Shown here: positions 29,810-39,685 of the stretch, in pieces | Layout of the letters: every line of letters begins with the position of its first letter | How positions within the stretch are numbered: position 1 is the stretch's first letter | From: Phycisphaerae bacterium | Lineage (GTDB): Bacteria > Planctomycetota > Phycisphaerae > JAAYCJ01 | Assembly (NCBI GenBank): GCA_041658725.1 | Contig: JBAZZQ010000004.1 | Coordinates: 3,437 to 67,436 of the forward strand | Direction: 5' to 3' | Length of the DNA stretch: 64,000 nucleotides | Notes under the pieces: model-generated | What the model was told of the DNA's origin: nothing | What the model saw: only the letters and a program-made list of their open reading frames with translations | Database searches by the model: none | Position numbers and translations under genes: made by a program

Positions 29810-30496
29810 TTAATCCTTAAATCGATATCCAACCGCACGAACGGTTTCAATATATTTTCCGCAGGCTCCGAGTTTTTTTCGCAGCGACACAATCTGAACA
29901 TCGACCGACCGATCCGTCACGGGATAATCCTCCCCGCGTACGGCATCGACGATCTGATAACGAGTGAACACCCATCCCGGGCGTTTGGCCAGGGTGTATA
30001 GAATGCGAAATTCCGTAAAAGTAAGTTCCACGGGCTTACCTTTGGCTAAGACCTCATGACGTCCGGGATTGATGACCAGATCGTGGATTTTAATTGTGGC
30101 TGTGTCATTCGCCGGTTCTTTGGTTTTTCGTCGAAGCACGGTTTTTATGCGTGCGAGCAGTACCCTGGGGCTGAATGGTTTGGTGATATAATCATCGGCA
30201 CCGAGTTCCAGACCGGTGACAATGTCGGTTTCTTCTCCTTTGGCTGTGAGCATGACGATGGGGATCTGATTTGTTTTAGGATCATTTTTGATTTGCCGGC
30301 AAACCTCCAGTCCGTCTACTCCGGGGAGCATCAGGTCAAGGATCACCAGATCGGGCAATTTGGATCGTGCCGATTTTAATCCCTCCTCACCGCTGGTCGC
30401 GCATGAAACATGATAACCTTCGCGGCTGAGATTATAGTTGATCAACTCGAGAATATCGTCCTCGTCATCTACTACGAGTATGTTTTTTCTGGTCAC
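29810..30496 (-). CDS. OmpR/PhoB-family response regulator
   Basis: The receiver domain has ILVVDDEDD...DLVILDLMLPGVDG and the winged-helix domain has LTFTEFRILYTL. The GTG at 30496 is preferred because an AAGGAG lies 6 nt upstream. Confidence 0.9.
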   Translation of the reverse strand: MTRKNILVVDDEDDILELINYNLSREGYHVSCATSGEEGLKSARSKLPDLVILDLMLPGVDGLEVCRQIKNDPKTNQIPIVMLTAKGEETDIVTGLELGADDYITKPFSPRVLLARIKTVLRRKTKEPANDTATIKIHDLVINPGRHEVLAKGKPVELTFTEFRILYTLAKRPGWVFTRYQIVDAVRGEDYPVTDRSVDVQIVSLRKKLGACGKYIETVRAVGYRFKD

Positions 30497-30720
30497 TGCC
30501 TGCTCCTTTTTGAAATGCAATTCATATTTTTAAAATATCATCGCATATCATTGTTAGGACCAAGTTAATTTGATGTTAAAATATTATACAGGCTTGGTCT
30601 TTTGATTTCAGCAACCAAGCATTAAATTTAAATTTCATTGACCCTCGGTGATGAAAACGAGTATAAAAGTAAAGACGAACAGAAAAAGGTGCGCCGAAAA
30701 ATAGCGGCAAGTCTCTCATC

Positions 30721-30782
30721 TGTCATCATTCGGCTTGACCGGATGATCCAAAAGCTGGATTCCCGCCTGCGCGGGAATGACA
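30721..30782. repeat. tgtcat...atgaca-bounded intergenic element (copy 1 of 3)
   Basis: tgtcatcattcggcttgaccggatgatccaa...tcccgcctgcgcgggaatgaca is related to 39373-39403 and 54170-54267. Confidence 0.6.
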
Positions 30783-30838
30783 AAAAGCGTTTTGCCGCAA
30801 AATTTCGGTACACCCACAGAAAATGAGGCTGTGTTTCT

Positions 30839-33085
30839 ATGATTTTTAGGGATGGTAGAATGTGTCCAATTATAACAATTCGAGGAAGAAAGACCTTTCT
30901 GGAATTACGCGCCGGATTCTTATGGGTCACTCTGTTTGTGCTGGTTCCGACGGTTGTTCTGCCGGCAGGGACAACCAGCTCCGTTTCCACGATGGATGTG
31001 ACCAAGCTAATTCAGAAACCTCTAAAAATTTTAAAATCATCGGCCAATCCGTTAGACACGCGAAAAACCGCGGCGGGTCTGCTGATGGATCTGGGCGTTT
31101 CCGGAGCCAGGGAACCGCTTTTGAAAATTTTATCCGATCCCTCGGATAGACAGGCCAGACTTGCGGTGGTCGAGGCTATCGCTGATCAGGACGAGCCAAG
31201 TTCGGAATTCATGCAACCCCTGATTGAAATTCTTTTGACAGGCGAAGCGGAACTTCAGACTGCGGCTTCCAATGCGTTGGGCCGGTATCGGGATGAAACA
31301 TTGACGGACAGGCTTATAGGATTAGCCGCCGATGCCAAGCGACCGGTAGGGCAACGATTAGCCACGATTGAAACGCTGGGAAAAATTCGATCCAAAACCA
31401 CGATTTCCGCTCTGATTAAATTGATGGAGGCCAACATCAGCGGTCAGAGCAAGCGAAATGAAATCGAAACCGCCTGTGAAAAAAGCCTCAAGGAGTTGAC
31501 GCGCGTCGATCTGGGAACGAATATTAAAGCATGGAAGAATTGGTGGGAGAAAAACAAGAATAAAAGCGTGGTCCAATGGCTGGAAAGCCAGTTGGACGTT
31601 GTGACGAATGAAAACCGTGATTTAAGGAAACGCATGGAGCAGACCGATCAGGCCCTTATCCAGACCGCCGCCAAACTTTTTCGGTTAAGCTCACCCAATG
31701 AAGCGGACCGGGTGAAGGTTATTCAGGAATATCTTGCCGGCCCGCTGCCCGCCCAGAGGCGCGCCGGACTGGAGCTTTTAACGGCCTTCATTTCCCCCAA
31801 GCAGAAGATTCCCGATGCCCTTCATCCGGCAATTCGCGATTTGATCGACGATCCCGATCCGGAGGTTCGACGGGCCTGTGCCAAGGTCCTGGGTGACAGC
31901 AACGACACTCAGGCCATTGGGCAAATCCTCCGGCAACTGGACGCCGAGACCGATCCTGCCGTCAAACAGGCCCTCCTGGTCGCGATCGGACAACTGGGTG
32001 ACAAGGACATTTTGAACAATCTTATCGGGTATCTAAATTCTCCCATCGACCAGGTCAGTGTCGGAGCGGTCCGGGCCATCGCGAAAATCTTTCAAAACCA
32101 GAAAAGTGGAGTAAGCTCCCAACGTGACCATATCGCTCAGGCGCTCTTGAAACGCTACAAGCAATCCGGCGACGATCAAATTCAGTTGAAACAGGAGATA
32201 CTGATCACGATGGGGATGATCTCGGATTATCGATTCCGGCAGTTATTCGAGCAGGAGTTGGGCAATGCGAATGCCGATATTCGCCTCTATGCCGCCCGAG
32301 GAATGGCTCGGCTGGGGGATGAAAAAATAGCCGACCTGCTCATCGAGCAATTGAAAGATTCCGAGCCCGCGGTTCGGGCCGAACTCGCCAGCGGGATCGC
32401 CTCGCTGACTTCGGACCCCCACGCCGTGGAAATTCTGCTGACCAGAACGAATCCGAATTTTGAAAAGGATAACCAGGTCCGGCAGAGCAACTGGATCGCC
32501 GTGCTGACGATGATCAAACATTGGTCGGTCGAGGAGCAGTTGCGATGGGCGAATAAGTTGACCCTGCAAAGCGACATGCTCAGCCAGGAGCAGATGACGG
32601 CCCTGGTGGAAACACTTGGCGCACAGATCATGGAGCAGTCCAACGCCTGGCCTCCCGATCAAAGATTCGGCATCATGATCAACTTTGGAAAATTCCTGCT
32701 CAAAACAGGTCAACCCGAGGATTCAGTAAAATATTTCCGACAGGCCATCACAGCCGCCAAACAGCTTTCCTTGGCAAAACCTCTGGAAAGCGCCGATCAG
32801 TTACTCAGCGAACTTTTCCAGACTCCGGCCTCGGACACTGTGATTTCCCAATACCTGAGCAGCCTGGTGGGACTCCTGGAGCAGGACCAGTTGGAAACCA
32901 TTGTCGTACATTTTATTCACTGGGCGGAACACCCCGCCAACACCCGCACAGCGGCGAAAATTTGCAAGCGGTTGAGTAAAGATTTTCTAAATGGTGTCTC
33001 CGAAAATTCCAAAGATAAACTTGTGTCTTTTTCCAGGACCAACGTTTCGGAACCGACAACGAAACGTGCATTAAGCAGTAAGTAG
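30839..33085 (+). CDS. HEAT-repeat protein with N-terminal membrane anchor
   Basis: It has recurring motifs DPEVRRACAKVLGD, DPAVKQALLVAIGQLGD, ADIRLYAARGMARLGD and EPAVRAELASGIA. The N-terminal hydrophobic segment is FLWVTLFVLVPTVVL. Confidence 0.6.
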   Translation: MIFRDGRMCPIITIRGRKTFLELRAGFLWVTLFVLVPTVVLPAGTTSSVSTMDVTKLIQKPLKILKSSANPLDTRKTAAGLLMDLGVSGAREPLLKILSDPSDRQARLAVVEAIADQDEPSSEFMQPLIEILLTGEAELQTAASNALGRYRDETLTDRLIGLAADAKRPVGQRLATIETLGKIRSKTTISALIKLMEANISGQSKRNEIETACEKSLKELTRVDLGTNIKAWKNWWEKNKNKSVVQWLESQLDVVTNENRDLRKRMEQTDQALIQTAAKLFRLSSPNEADRVKVIQEYLAGPLPAQRRAGLELLTAFISPKQKIPDALHPAIRDLIDDPDPEVRRACAKVLGDSNDTQAIGQILRQLDAETDPAVKQALLVAIGQLGDKDILNNLIGYLNSPIDQVSVGAVRAIAKIFQNQKSGVSSQRDHIAQALLKRYKQSGDDQIQLKQEILITMGMISDYRFRQLFEQELGNANADIRLYAARGMARLGDEKIADLLIEQLKDSEPAVRAELASGIASLTSDPHAVEILLTRTNPNFEKDNQVRQSNWIAVLTMIKHWSVEEQLRWANKLTLQSDMLSQEQMTALVETLGAQIMEQSNAWPPDQRFGIMINFGKFLLKTGQPEDSVKYFRQAITAAKQLSLAKPLESADQLLSELFQTPASDTVISQYLSSLVGLLEQDQLETIVVHFIHWAEHPANTRTAAKICKRLSKDFLNGVSENSKDKLVSFSRTNVSEPTTKRALSSK

Positions 33086-33098
33086 CGGAGAAGAACGT

Positions 33099-34079
33099 AT
33101 GGCGTTAAGATATTATCTGGGTATCGACCTTGGCGGAACGAATATCAAAACGGGGGTGGTGGACGAAAACTCGAAAGTTCATAGCAAGGTGAGCATACCG
33201 ACCGGAGTGGTGGGCGGACCGGACGAGGTGATTCCACGAATATTCGAGGCTGGCAGGCAGGCGATTGTCCAGGCGGGCCTGACGATCGGGGATATTTGCG
33301 CCATCGGGATCGGAGCGCCCGGGCCACTTCATCATAAAAAAGGGATAATCATTGCCCTGCCGAATCTCTCCGGCTGGGAGAATTTCCCCATTCGCGAAAA
33401 AATCAGCAGTCATTTTCATATCCCGGCCACACTGGAAAACGACGCTAATGTGGCGGCCTGGGGTGAATACTGGGCCGGGGCCGGAAAAGGAAAACACTCA
33501 CTCGTTATGTTTACCCTGGGAACTGGCATCGGAGGTGGAATCGTTTATCATGGCCGATTTATTCGCGGCTTTTACGATACCGCCGCCGAACTGGGACACA
33601 TTACCGTCGAACCCAACGGTCGAAAATGTAATTGCGGCCAGCGGGGATGCGTCGAGGCTTATGCCTCAGCCGCCAACACCGCCAAAATCGCCGTAGAAGG
33701 CTTACAAGCCGGGGCGAAAAGTTCCATGAAGGCGATTTACGATCGCGGTGAACCGATTAACACGGAAATCATTCTCGATCACATGCTCAAAGGAGACCAA
33801 TACGCCCGCGATCTATGGCATCAGACGTGCCGATACCTCGCCATCGCTTGTGAAGATATGAATCATGTCATAAACCCGGAACTGATCGTCTTAGCCGGCG
33901 GAATGGTCGGCGCGGGTGATCATTTGCTTCTACCGGTACAAAAATATTACGAAGAATTGCAGGGATATGTATTCCACGGAAATTCCTCACAAATCGTCCT
34001 GGCCAAATTAGGCGGCGACGCCGGACTCGTGGGTGCCGCAGGCGCCGCCAAATTAAATGAGGAGCTAGGCGAATTATAA
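33099..34079 (+). CDS. ROK-family glucokinase
   Basis: The protein has LGIDLGGTNIK and the ROK zinc motif CNCGQRGCVEAY. Confidence 0.8.
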   Translation: MALRYYLGIDLGGTNIKTGVVDENSKVHSKVSIPTGVVGGPDEVIPRIFEAGRQAIVQAGLTIGDICAIGIGAPGPLHHKKGIIIALPNLSGWENFPIREKISSHFHIPATLENDANVAAWGEYWAGAGKGKHSLVMFTLGTGIGGGIVYHGRFIRGFYDTAAELGHITVEPNGRKCNCGQRGCVEAYASAANTAKIAVEGLQAGAKSSMKAIYDRGEPINTEIILDHMLKGDQYARDLWHQTCRYLAIACEDMNHVINPELIVLAGGMVGAGDHLLLPVQKYYEELQGYVFHGNSSQIVLAKLGGDAGLVGAAGAAKLNEELGEL

Positions 34080-34096
34080 TTCGCTTTCACGACCGC

Positions 34097-36358
34097 CTAC
34101 TTCTTACTCTTTTTCGCCTGGTCCAACGCCGACGAGAACCATCCGCCGGAAGGTTTTGACGAAAAGGCCGGTTTCGCCGCCTTGCTGATATTTGGCTTAC
34201 CCTCCGCCTTCTTCTGTGATTTTGGTTCCTCCGACTTTTCCGAATCATTCTTCATCGACAGCGCAATCCGTTTGCGGGCAAGATCAACCTCCGTAACCGT
34301 CACCAGAACCTTCTGATTCACCTTGACCACTTCCGACGGGTCTTTGACAAAATGGTCCGACAATTGGCTGATGTGGACCAAACCATCCTGATGCACTCCG
34401 ATGTCCACAAACGCCCCAAAAGCCGTAACGTTCGTCACAATCCCTGGCAGTTTCATCCCCGGCCTGACGTCCTCGATCTTTTCCACACCCTGGGCAAATT
34501 GAAATACTTCAAATTTGTCTCGCGGATCGCGTCCGGGTTTGGCCAATTCCGACAAGATATCCGTCAGCGTCGGCAAGCCCGCCTTTTCGGTCACATATTT
34601 TTTAAGATCGATCTTTTTGCGTAGTTCATCAACACGCATCAGGTCCTGAACCGAGCAACCGAGATCGGCCGACATCGTATCGACAATCGGATAACTTTCC
34701 GGGTGAACGGCGCTCGTATCGAGTGGATTAGCACCATCCCGAATGCGAAGAAATCCCGCCGCCTGCTCAAACGCCTTAGGACCAAGCCGCGAAACTTTTT
34801 TAAGCTCCTGGCGCGACTTGAACGGTCCATTTTCATTCCGGTACGAAATAATATTCCCCGCTAATTGCGGACCCAAACCGGACACATAAGTTAGCAGTTC
34901 TTTACTGGCGGTATTGACCTCTACCCCGACACTGTTTACGCAACTGGCAACGACGTCGTCCAGGCTTCGACGCAAGGCCGTCTGATCCACGTCATGCTGA
35001 TATTGTCCGACTCCGATGGACTTGGGATCGATTTTCACCAGTTCCGCCAACGGGTCCATCATCCGACGACCGATGGAAACCGACCCCCGAACCGTAAGGT
35101 CATAATCGGAAAATTCCTCCCTCGCCACCTCCGAAGCCGAATAAATCGACGCGCCGCTTTCATTGACCATGACCACCAGGATAGACGCCGGAAGACCGAT
35201 CAATTGGATAAACGTCTGTGTCTCTCGGCTGGCCGTACCGTTGCCGATGGCAATCGCCTCAATCTTGAATCGTTCACAAAGAGCCATGATCGTCAGTTTC
35301 GCATCCGATTGTGTGGGAAAAATCACGTCGTGGTGCAGCAATTTCCCCTGCCGGTCCAAACAGACCACCTTGCATCCGGTTCGAAACCCCGGGTCAATCG
35401 CCAGCACATTTTTCTGTCCCAGCGGCGGAGCCATCAGAAGTTCCCGCAGGTTCTCGGCAAATACTTTGATCGCCACTTCATCGGCACGCTTCTTAGCCTC
35501 CATGCGGATTTCCGTCTCCATCGACGAAAGCAGCAGCCGTTTGTAACTGTCTTGAACGGCCTCTTTCACCTGTTGCGAAACCGGACCATCGCCCTTGACG
35601 GCAAGCGATTCTAATATCGCAATCGCTTCCTCTTCCGGCGGTGCCACGCGCAGGGTCAGAACCCCTTCATTTTCACCCCGCATCATGGCCAGCACACGAT
35701 GCGAAGGCGCCGTCGCCACCGGTTCGCTCCAATCAAAGTAATCCTTGAATTTAATCCCTTCCTCTTTTTTCTCCTCGATCACGGTTGAGATGAACATGCC
35801 TTTTTGATTGAAAAAATCCCGCATCTTCGCCCGGGCGGCCTGATCTTCATTGACGCGTTCGGCGATAATGTCTCGTGCCCCGGCCAAAGCGTCTTGGGCC
35901 GTTTCCACTCCCTTTTCAGCATTCACAAACGTCTGTGCCTCAGCCACTGGATCAATCGGCCCCTGCGCCCAAAGAAGGTCGGCTAGCGGTTCCAACCCTT
36001 TTTCCTTCGCGATGGTGGCTCGCGTTCGCCGTTTCGGACGATAGGGCAGATAAATATCTTCCAGCACCGCCAACGTTTGGGCCTCTTGAATCTTTTCCTT
36101 CAACTCATCGGTCAGCAGATTCCGCTCATCGAGCGATTTTAAAATCGCTTCCCGGCGCGTATCCAGTTCCATCAATTGAATAAGCCTGTCCCGGATGGCC
36201 GTAATTTGAACCTCGTCAAGCGAACCGGTAGCTTCTTTCCGATACCGTGCGATAAAAGGAACGGTAGCATCTTCCTCAAGAAGAACACCTGTCGCCAGGA
36301 CCTGGGTGGGATTTAACTTCAGTTCCGCCGCGATCTTTAAAATATGCAGTTCGTTCAT
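34097..36358 (-). CDS. tex: Transcription accessory protein Tex (S1 RNA-binding)
   Basis: It has a YqgF-like segment (VLAIDPGFRTGCKV), an HhH region and a C-terminal S1 domain (GIVTNVTAFGAFVDIGVHQDGLVHISQLSD). Confidence 0.9.
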   Translation of the reverse strand: MNELHILKIAAELKLNPTQVLATGVLLEEDATVPFIARYRKEATGSLDEVQITAIRDRLIQLMELDTRREAILKSLDERNLLTDELKEKIQEAQTLAVLEDIYLPYRPKRRTRATIAKEKGLEPLADLLWAQGPIDPVAEAQTFVNAEKGVETAQDALAGARDIIAERVNEDQAARAKMRDFFNQKGMFISTVIEEKKEEGIKFKDYFDWSEPVATAPSHRVLAMMRGENEGVLTLRVAPPEEEAIAILESLAVKGDGPVSQQVKEAVQDSYKRLLLSSMETEIRMEAKKRADEVAIKVFAENLRELLMAPPLGQKNVLAIDPGFRTGCKVVCLDRQGKLLHHDVIFPTQSDAKLTIMALCERFKIEAIAIGNGTASRETQTFIQLIGLPASILVVMVNESGASIYSASEVAREEFSDYDLTVRGSVSIGRRMMDPLAELVKIDPKSIGVGQYQHDVDQTALRRSLDDVVASCVNSVGVEVNTASKELLTYVSGLGPQLAGNIISYRNENGPFKSRQELKKVSRLGPKAFEQAAGFLRIRDGANPLDTSAVHPESYPIVDTMSADLGCSVQDLMRVDELRKKIDLKKYVTEKAGLPTLTDILSELAKPGRDPRDKFEVFQFAQGVEKIEDVRPGMKLPGIVTNVTAFGAFVDIGVHQDGLVHISQLSDHFVKDPSEVVKVNQKVLVTVTEVDLARKRIALSMKNDSEKSEEPKSQKKAEGKPNISKAAKPAFSSKPSGGWFSSALDQAKKSKK

Positions 36359-36373
36359 CTAATCCTCAAAAGA

Positions 36374-36405
36374 AGAATGGGAAACAGCAGGCTGTTTCCC
36401 ATTCT
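36374..36405 (-). terminator. Hairpin terminator after the FKBP gene
   Basis: The 15-bp stem agaatgggaaacagc/gctgtttcccattct is followed by a T-rich tract on the minus strand. Confidence 0.55.
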
Positions 36406-36438
36406 TTAAATTACAGTTCGTGTAAAGTATTCAACAAT

Positions 36439-37284
36439 TTAGTTGGCTTTTGCCGGTGCCTTGGGTGCCATACGCATTCCAGGCGGCATTCGCATGGCCG
36501 GTCCGGTGGTCGGCGGGGTCTTTAAGATTTCCAGCAATTCCACTTCAAAGACGAGCGTGGAATTACCCTGAATATTGGTTCCGCCCGGTCGGCTGGGGGG
36601 AGCGCCACGTTCACCGTAACCCAGGTTGGCCGGAATGAACAGTTCATATTTGGACCCGACTTTCATCAACTGCAAAGCTTCGGACCAGCCGGGGATAACG
36701 CCTCGGACCGGAAACTCGGCCGGTTGACCCGGTTTGGAGCTATCGAATTCTTTTCCATCGACCAGCGTGCCGCGATAGTTGACCTTGACCATATCGGTGT
36801 CTTTGGGCATTACACCCGTTCCTTCTTTAATGATTTTGTATTGCAGACCGCTCTTGGTGGTCTTGACGCCATCTTTCTTGGCGTTTTCAGCGAGGTACTT
36901 CGTGCCCTTCTCCAGATTTTCCTTGGCGATCTTGGCCTGTCGTTCCATCATTCCCTTTTGAAGATTCATGAAAGTGCTCTGCACCTCTTCCTGGGTCATG
37001 TCCCGAGGTTTATCGTTGACCACGTCTTCGATAGCTTTGAAGAGGATCGGAAGATTGATTTGGATATCACCGGATTTAATCCCGTTATTGAGGCTTTGTC
37101 CGATGTTCATACCGATGGCATAACTGAGTTTGTCTGTGTCATTGTCAAAGGCGGACTTTTTCGGGGCGGGCACATCCTTTTTCACGGGTTCTGTGGGGGC
37201 TGCTTCCTTCGTGTCGGCCGTCACCACTGAAAACGTTGTCAGGAGGATGGCGGCAATCGTCGTCAAAATCAATGTCTTTTTCAT
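36439..37284 (-). CDS. FKBP-type peptidyl-prolyl isomerase (FkpA/Mip-like), secreted
   Basis: It has the signal peptide MKKTLILTTIAAILL and the C-terminal FKBP domain VNYRGTLVDGKEFDSS...GVIPGWSEALQLMKVGSKYELFIP. Confidence 0.85.
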   Translation of the reverse strand: MKKTLILTTIAAILLTTFSVVTADTKEAAPTEPVKKDVPAPKKSAFDNDTDKLSYAIGMNIGQSLNNGIKSGDIQINLPILFKAIEDVVNDKPRDMTQEEVQSTFMNLQKGMMERQAKIAKENLEKGTKYLAENAKKDGVKTTKSGLQYKIIKEGTGVMPKDTDMVKVNYRGTLVDGKEFDSSKPGQPAEFPVRGVIPGWSEALQLMKVGSKYELFIPANLGYGERGAPPSRPGGTNIQGNSTLVFEVELLEILKTPPTTGPAMRMPPGMRMAPKAPAKAN

Positions 37285-37445
37285 ATTCACTTCCTTTATT
37301 AAAAAATGGTTATTGAGTGTCATAGTCTCTCATGCCCCGATGGAAATAACAACGAAAATTTTATTTTTTTACCAAAAATTAGACTAAAATCCGCACCCGG
37401 ACCGTCATAATGGTGGATGAACGTTCAATCCTTCGTTGAGGGCAC

Positions 37446-37994
37446 TTGGATATGCTGGAAGACCGGCGTTTGCTGAAAAAACTGCACCAGGGCGATCAAA
37501 ACGCTTTACGGAGCATCTATGAAAAGCACAAGGACGATCTGATCACGGTCGCCCGGTGCCTGCTCGGGGATGTTGCCGCCGCCGAGGATTGCCTGCACGA
37601 TGTTTTCGTGTTTTTCGCCGCCAATCCTTCAGCCATTAACATCCGCAGCAGTTTGAAAGGATATCTGATTGCCAGTATCGCCAATCGTGCCCGCGACCAG
37701 CTTCGTAAACGATCCAGACAGCCGGTCTTGATCGCCGAAGTCCCCGATCCGGTCGGACGCGACGCGGAACCGGGCGTACAAATGATGGATTGCGAGGAAA
37801 CGAATCGTGCTGTGGCAGCCCTGGCCGAGTTGCCGTTTGAACAGCGCGAGGTAATTACCCTGCATCTTCAAGGCGAGATGACGTTCAAGGAAATTTCCGA
37901 ACTCCAGGATGTTTCGATCAATACTCTGCAAAGCCGGTACCGGTATGGACTCGATAAACTGCGTACGCTTCTAAATACAGGAGCACAAAAATGA
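37446..37994 (+). CDS. ECF-type RNA polymerase sigma-70 factor
   Basis: It has region 2 and the region 4 HTH LPFEQREVITLHLQGEMTFKEISELQDVSINTLQSRYRYGLDKLR. Confidence 0.85.
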   Translation: MDMLEDRRLLKKLHQGDQNALRSIYEKHKDDLITVARCLLGDVAAAEDCLHDVFVFFAANPSAINIRSSLKGYLIASIANRARDQLRKRSRQPVLIAEVPDPVGRDAEPGVQMMDCEETNRAVAALAELPFEQREVITLHLQGEMTFKEISELQDVSINTLQSRYRYGLDKLRTLLNTGAQK

Positions 37995-39226
37995 AACCTG
38001 CAGATAACATAGAACAATTAATTAAAGAATTTCGTGTAAGGACGACCGATGCGGCGGACCGGCGAATCTTAACCGCCGCCGCAAAGGCCCTGGAACAATC
38101 TGTAAAACCCCGTGTTGATAATAATCGATCAACCCATTTTATGAGGAGATTTATTATGAAAAATTCATGGACTAAATTTGCGACCGCCGCGGCGGCGCTG
38201 ATTATTGCGGCTGTGCTTTTTGTGACGTTTGTCGATAAAACAAGCACCCCGGCCTACGCCATCGAGCAGACGATTGCAGCCAGCCATAGTGTGCGGTACT
38301 TGCACATTAAGGCGCAGATAATTGCATCACCCAACCAGGGAAACGCCCAAGTTTGGCTTCACTTTGCTGAGACCGGCGAACTCTTTCGTTGCCGACTGGA
38401 AATGTCGAAAGGCTCGCCGAACGTGATTGTCTATCACGATAACGTGACGGATTTCTGGCATGAGAAAAAAAAGATGCTCATGACCTTTAAGAATCAAGCC
38501 TTTGCCGCGGATGCGGTAAAGGCTATGCAAGAGATGGATCCTAAACTATCCGTACAGAATCTGAAGAATTTGCAGAGTGAAGGGAAGGTTAAAATCGAGA
38601 TTCAGGAATTTTCAAATAAAAGTGATCCTGTGATTTTAACTGCGACCTATTTGCCGGGAAGTCCCACACCGGACAGACGGTTGGTTTTGTATATTGATCA
38701 GGAGACCAAGCTGGTAGCGAAGATGGACCGTTATACACTTATCAAAGACGAATATGTTCTCCAAAAACAGTTGGAATTCCTGGAATACAATAAGCCGATT
38801 GATGATAAGATGTTTGTGCTGGATGTTCCGCCCGATACCATCCGCTATGATCAAACCAAACCGGAGGTGGGATTGGCTCAGGGAACGCTAACCCAGGAAA
38901 AAATTGTGGTTAAAGTGGCACGTGAATTTTTTGAAGCTCTCATTGCCAAAGATTATGTTCGGGCCAGCAAAGTTTTTGCGGGTGCCCAGCCTGAATTTCT
39001 TGAAAAAATGCTCAATAGGGAAGGCCCCTTTCATTTAATGAGAATTATCTCGATTGGCAAACCTGTGGATTGTCCCAGCAAGGACAAGGAAGAAGGTAAA
39101 CTATTCCGCGTTCCGTGTGTGCTTGAAATTGAGAAGGATGGTGTGAAATCGAATTGGTCTTCCAGTCCCATTATCGGGCAAATTCATGAGCAACCGGATC
39201 GATGGACGATTACCGGCGGAATTTAA
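37991..39226 (+). CDS. Putative anti-sigma factor / single-pass membrane protein
   Basis: It overlaps the sigma gene with ATGA. The single TM segment is WTKFATAAAALIIAAVLFVTFV. Confidence 0.4.
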   Translation: MKPADNIEQLIKEFRVRTTDAADRRILTAAAKALEQSVKPRVDNNRSTHFMRRFIMKNSWTKFATAAAALIIAAVLFVTFVDKTSTPAYAIEQTIAASHSVRYLHIKAQIIASPNQGNAQVWLHFAETGELFRCRLEMSKGSPNVIVYHDNVTDFWHEKKKMLMTFKNQAFAADAVKAMQEMDPKLSVQNLKNLQSEGKVKIEIQEFSNKSDPVILTATYLPGSPTPDRRLVLYIDQETKLVAKMDRYTLIKDEYVLQKQLEFLEYNKPIDDKMFVLDVPPDTIRYDQTKPEVGLAQGTLTQEKIVVKVAREFFEALIAKDYVRASKVFAGAQPEFLEKMLNREGPFHLMRIISIGKPVDCPSKDKEEGKLFRVPCVLEIEKDGVKSNWSSSPIIGQIHEQPDRWTITGGI

Positions 39227-39254
39227 ATTGATACGGTAAAATATTAATCAAGCG

Positions 39255-39290
39255 TCATGGGCAAGACAAATCGTCTTGCCCATGATTTTT
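39255..39290 (+). terminator. Rho-independent terminator
   Basis: The stem tcatgggcaagac/gtcttgcccatga is followed by ttttt. Confidence 0.7.
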
Positions 39291-39302
39291 ATTCCTGGCA
39301 TA

Positions 39303-39329
39303 CTAGCCCCCGATGGTAATCGGGGGTTC
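39303..39329. repeat. Dispersed hairpin repeat ctagcccccgatggtaatcgggggttc (copy 2 of 4, inverted)
   Basis: This is the reverse complement of the 9135 copy. Confidence 0.85.
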
Positions 39330-39372
39330 CTTTCCGGAGGTTACGAAACGTGTCTGACAAGAACCCCTCCTG

Positions 39373-39403
39373 GGTCATCGTCCGGCTTGACCGGACGATC
39401 CAG
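39373..39403. repeat. tgtcat-family element fragment (copy 2 of 3)
   Basis: ggtcatcgtccggcttgaccggacgatccag matches the left part of 30721-30782. Confidence 0.5.
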
Positions 39404-39506
39404 TTTTTTCTTTATGTAATTTTTCCCACACATTTCATATGTCGGAAACCGTTGGCTTTCCGCTGGAGTTACCCCCGCGAAGGCGGGGGCGAGATGAACC
39501 GTATAC

Positions 39507-39569
39507 GAGCCGCGACCGTGAGGGAGCGGGCAATTAATTTTGTCACCCGCTCCCTCACGGTCGCGGCTC
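39507..39569. repeat. 24-bp perfect inverted repeat (gagccgcgaccgtgagggagcggg / cccgctccctcacggtcgcggctc)
   Basis: The arms are perfect with a 15-nt loop. Half-site copies lie at about 63487-63503, and in degenerate form at 43471-43486. Confidence 0.8.
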
Positions 39570-39685
39570 ATATATTGCGTGAAAAGCTTGTTACACACAA
39601 AAAAACCGAGGGTATATATATTGTTTGCTTTTTCCGTTAAAATTCACTAGAAGAATTTGATGTTGTTATTTACAGGATAGGAAAA

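Noticed and set aside
39341-39640. Two overlapping ORFs of 85-96 aa on opposite strands lie in the intergenic region upstream of the TauE gene.
   Set aside because: They are built almost entirely from the dispersed repeat and the 24-bp palindrome. Such repeat-derived ORFs are typical annotation artefacts.
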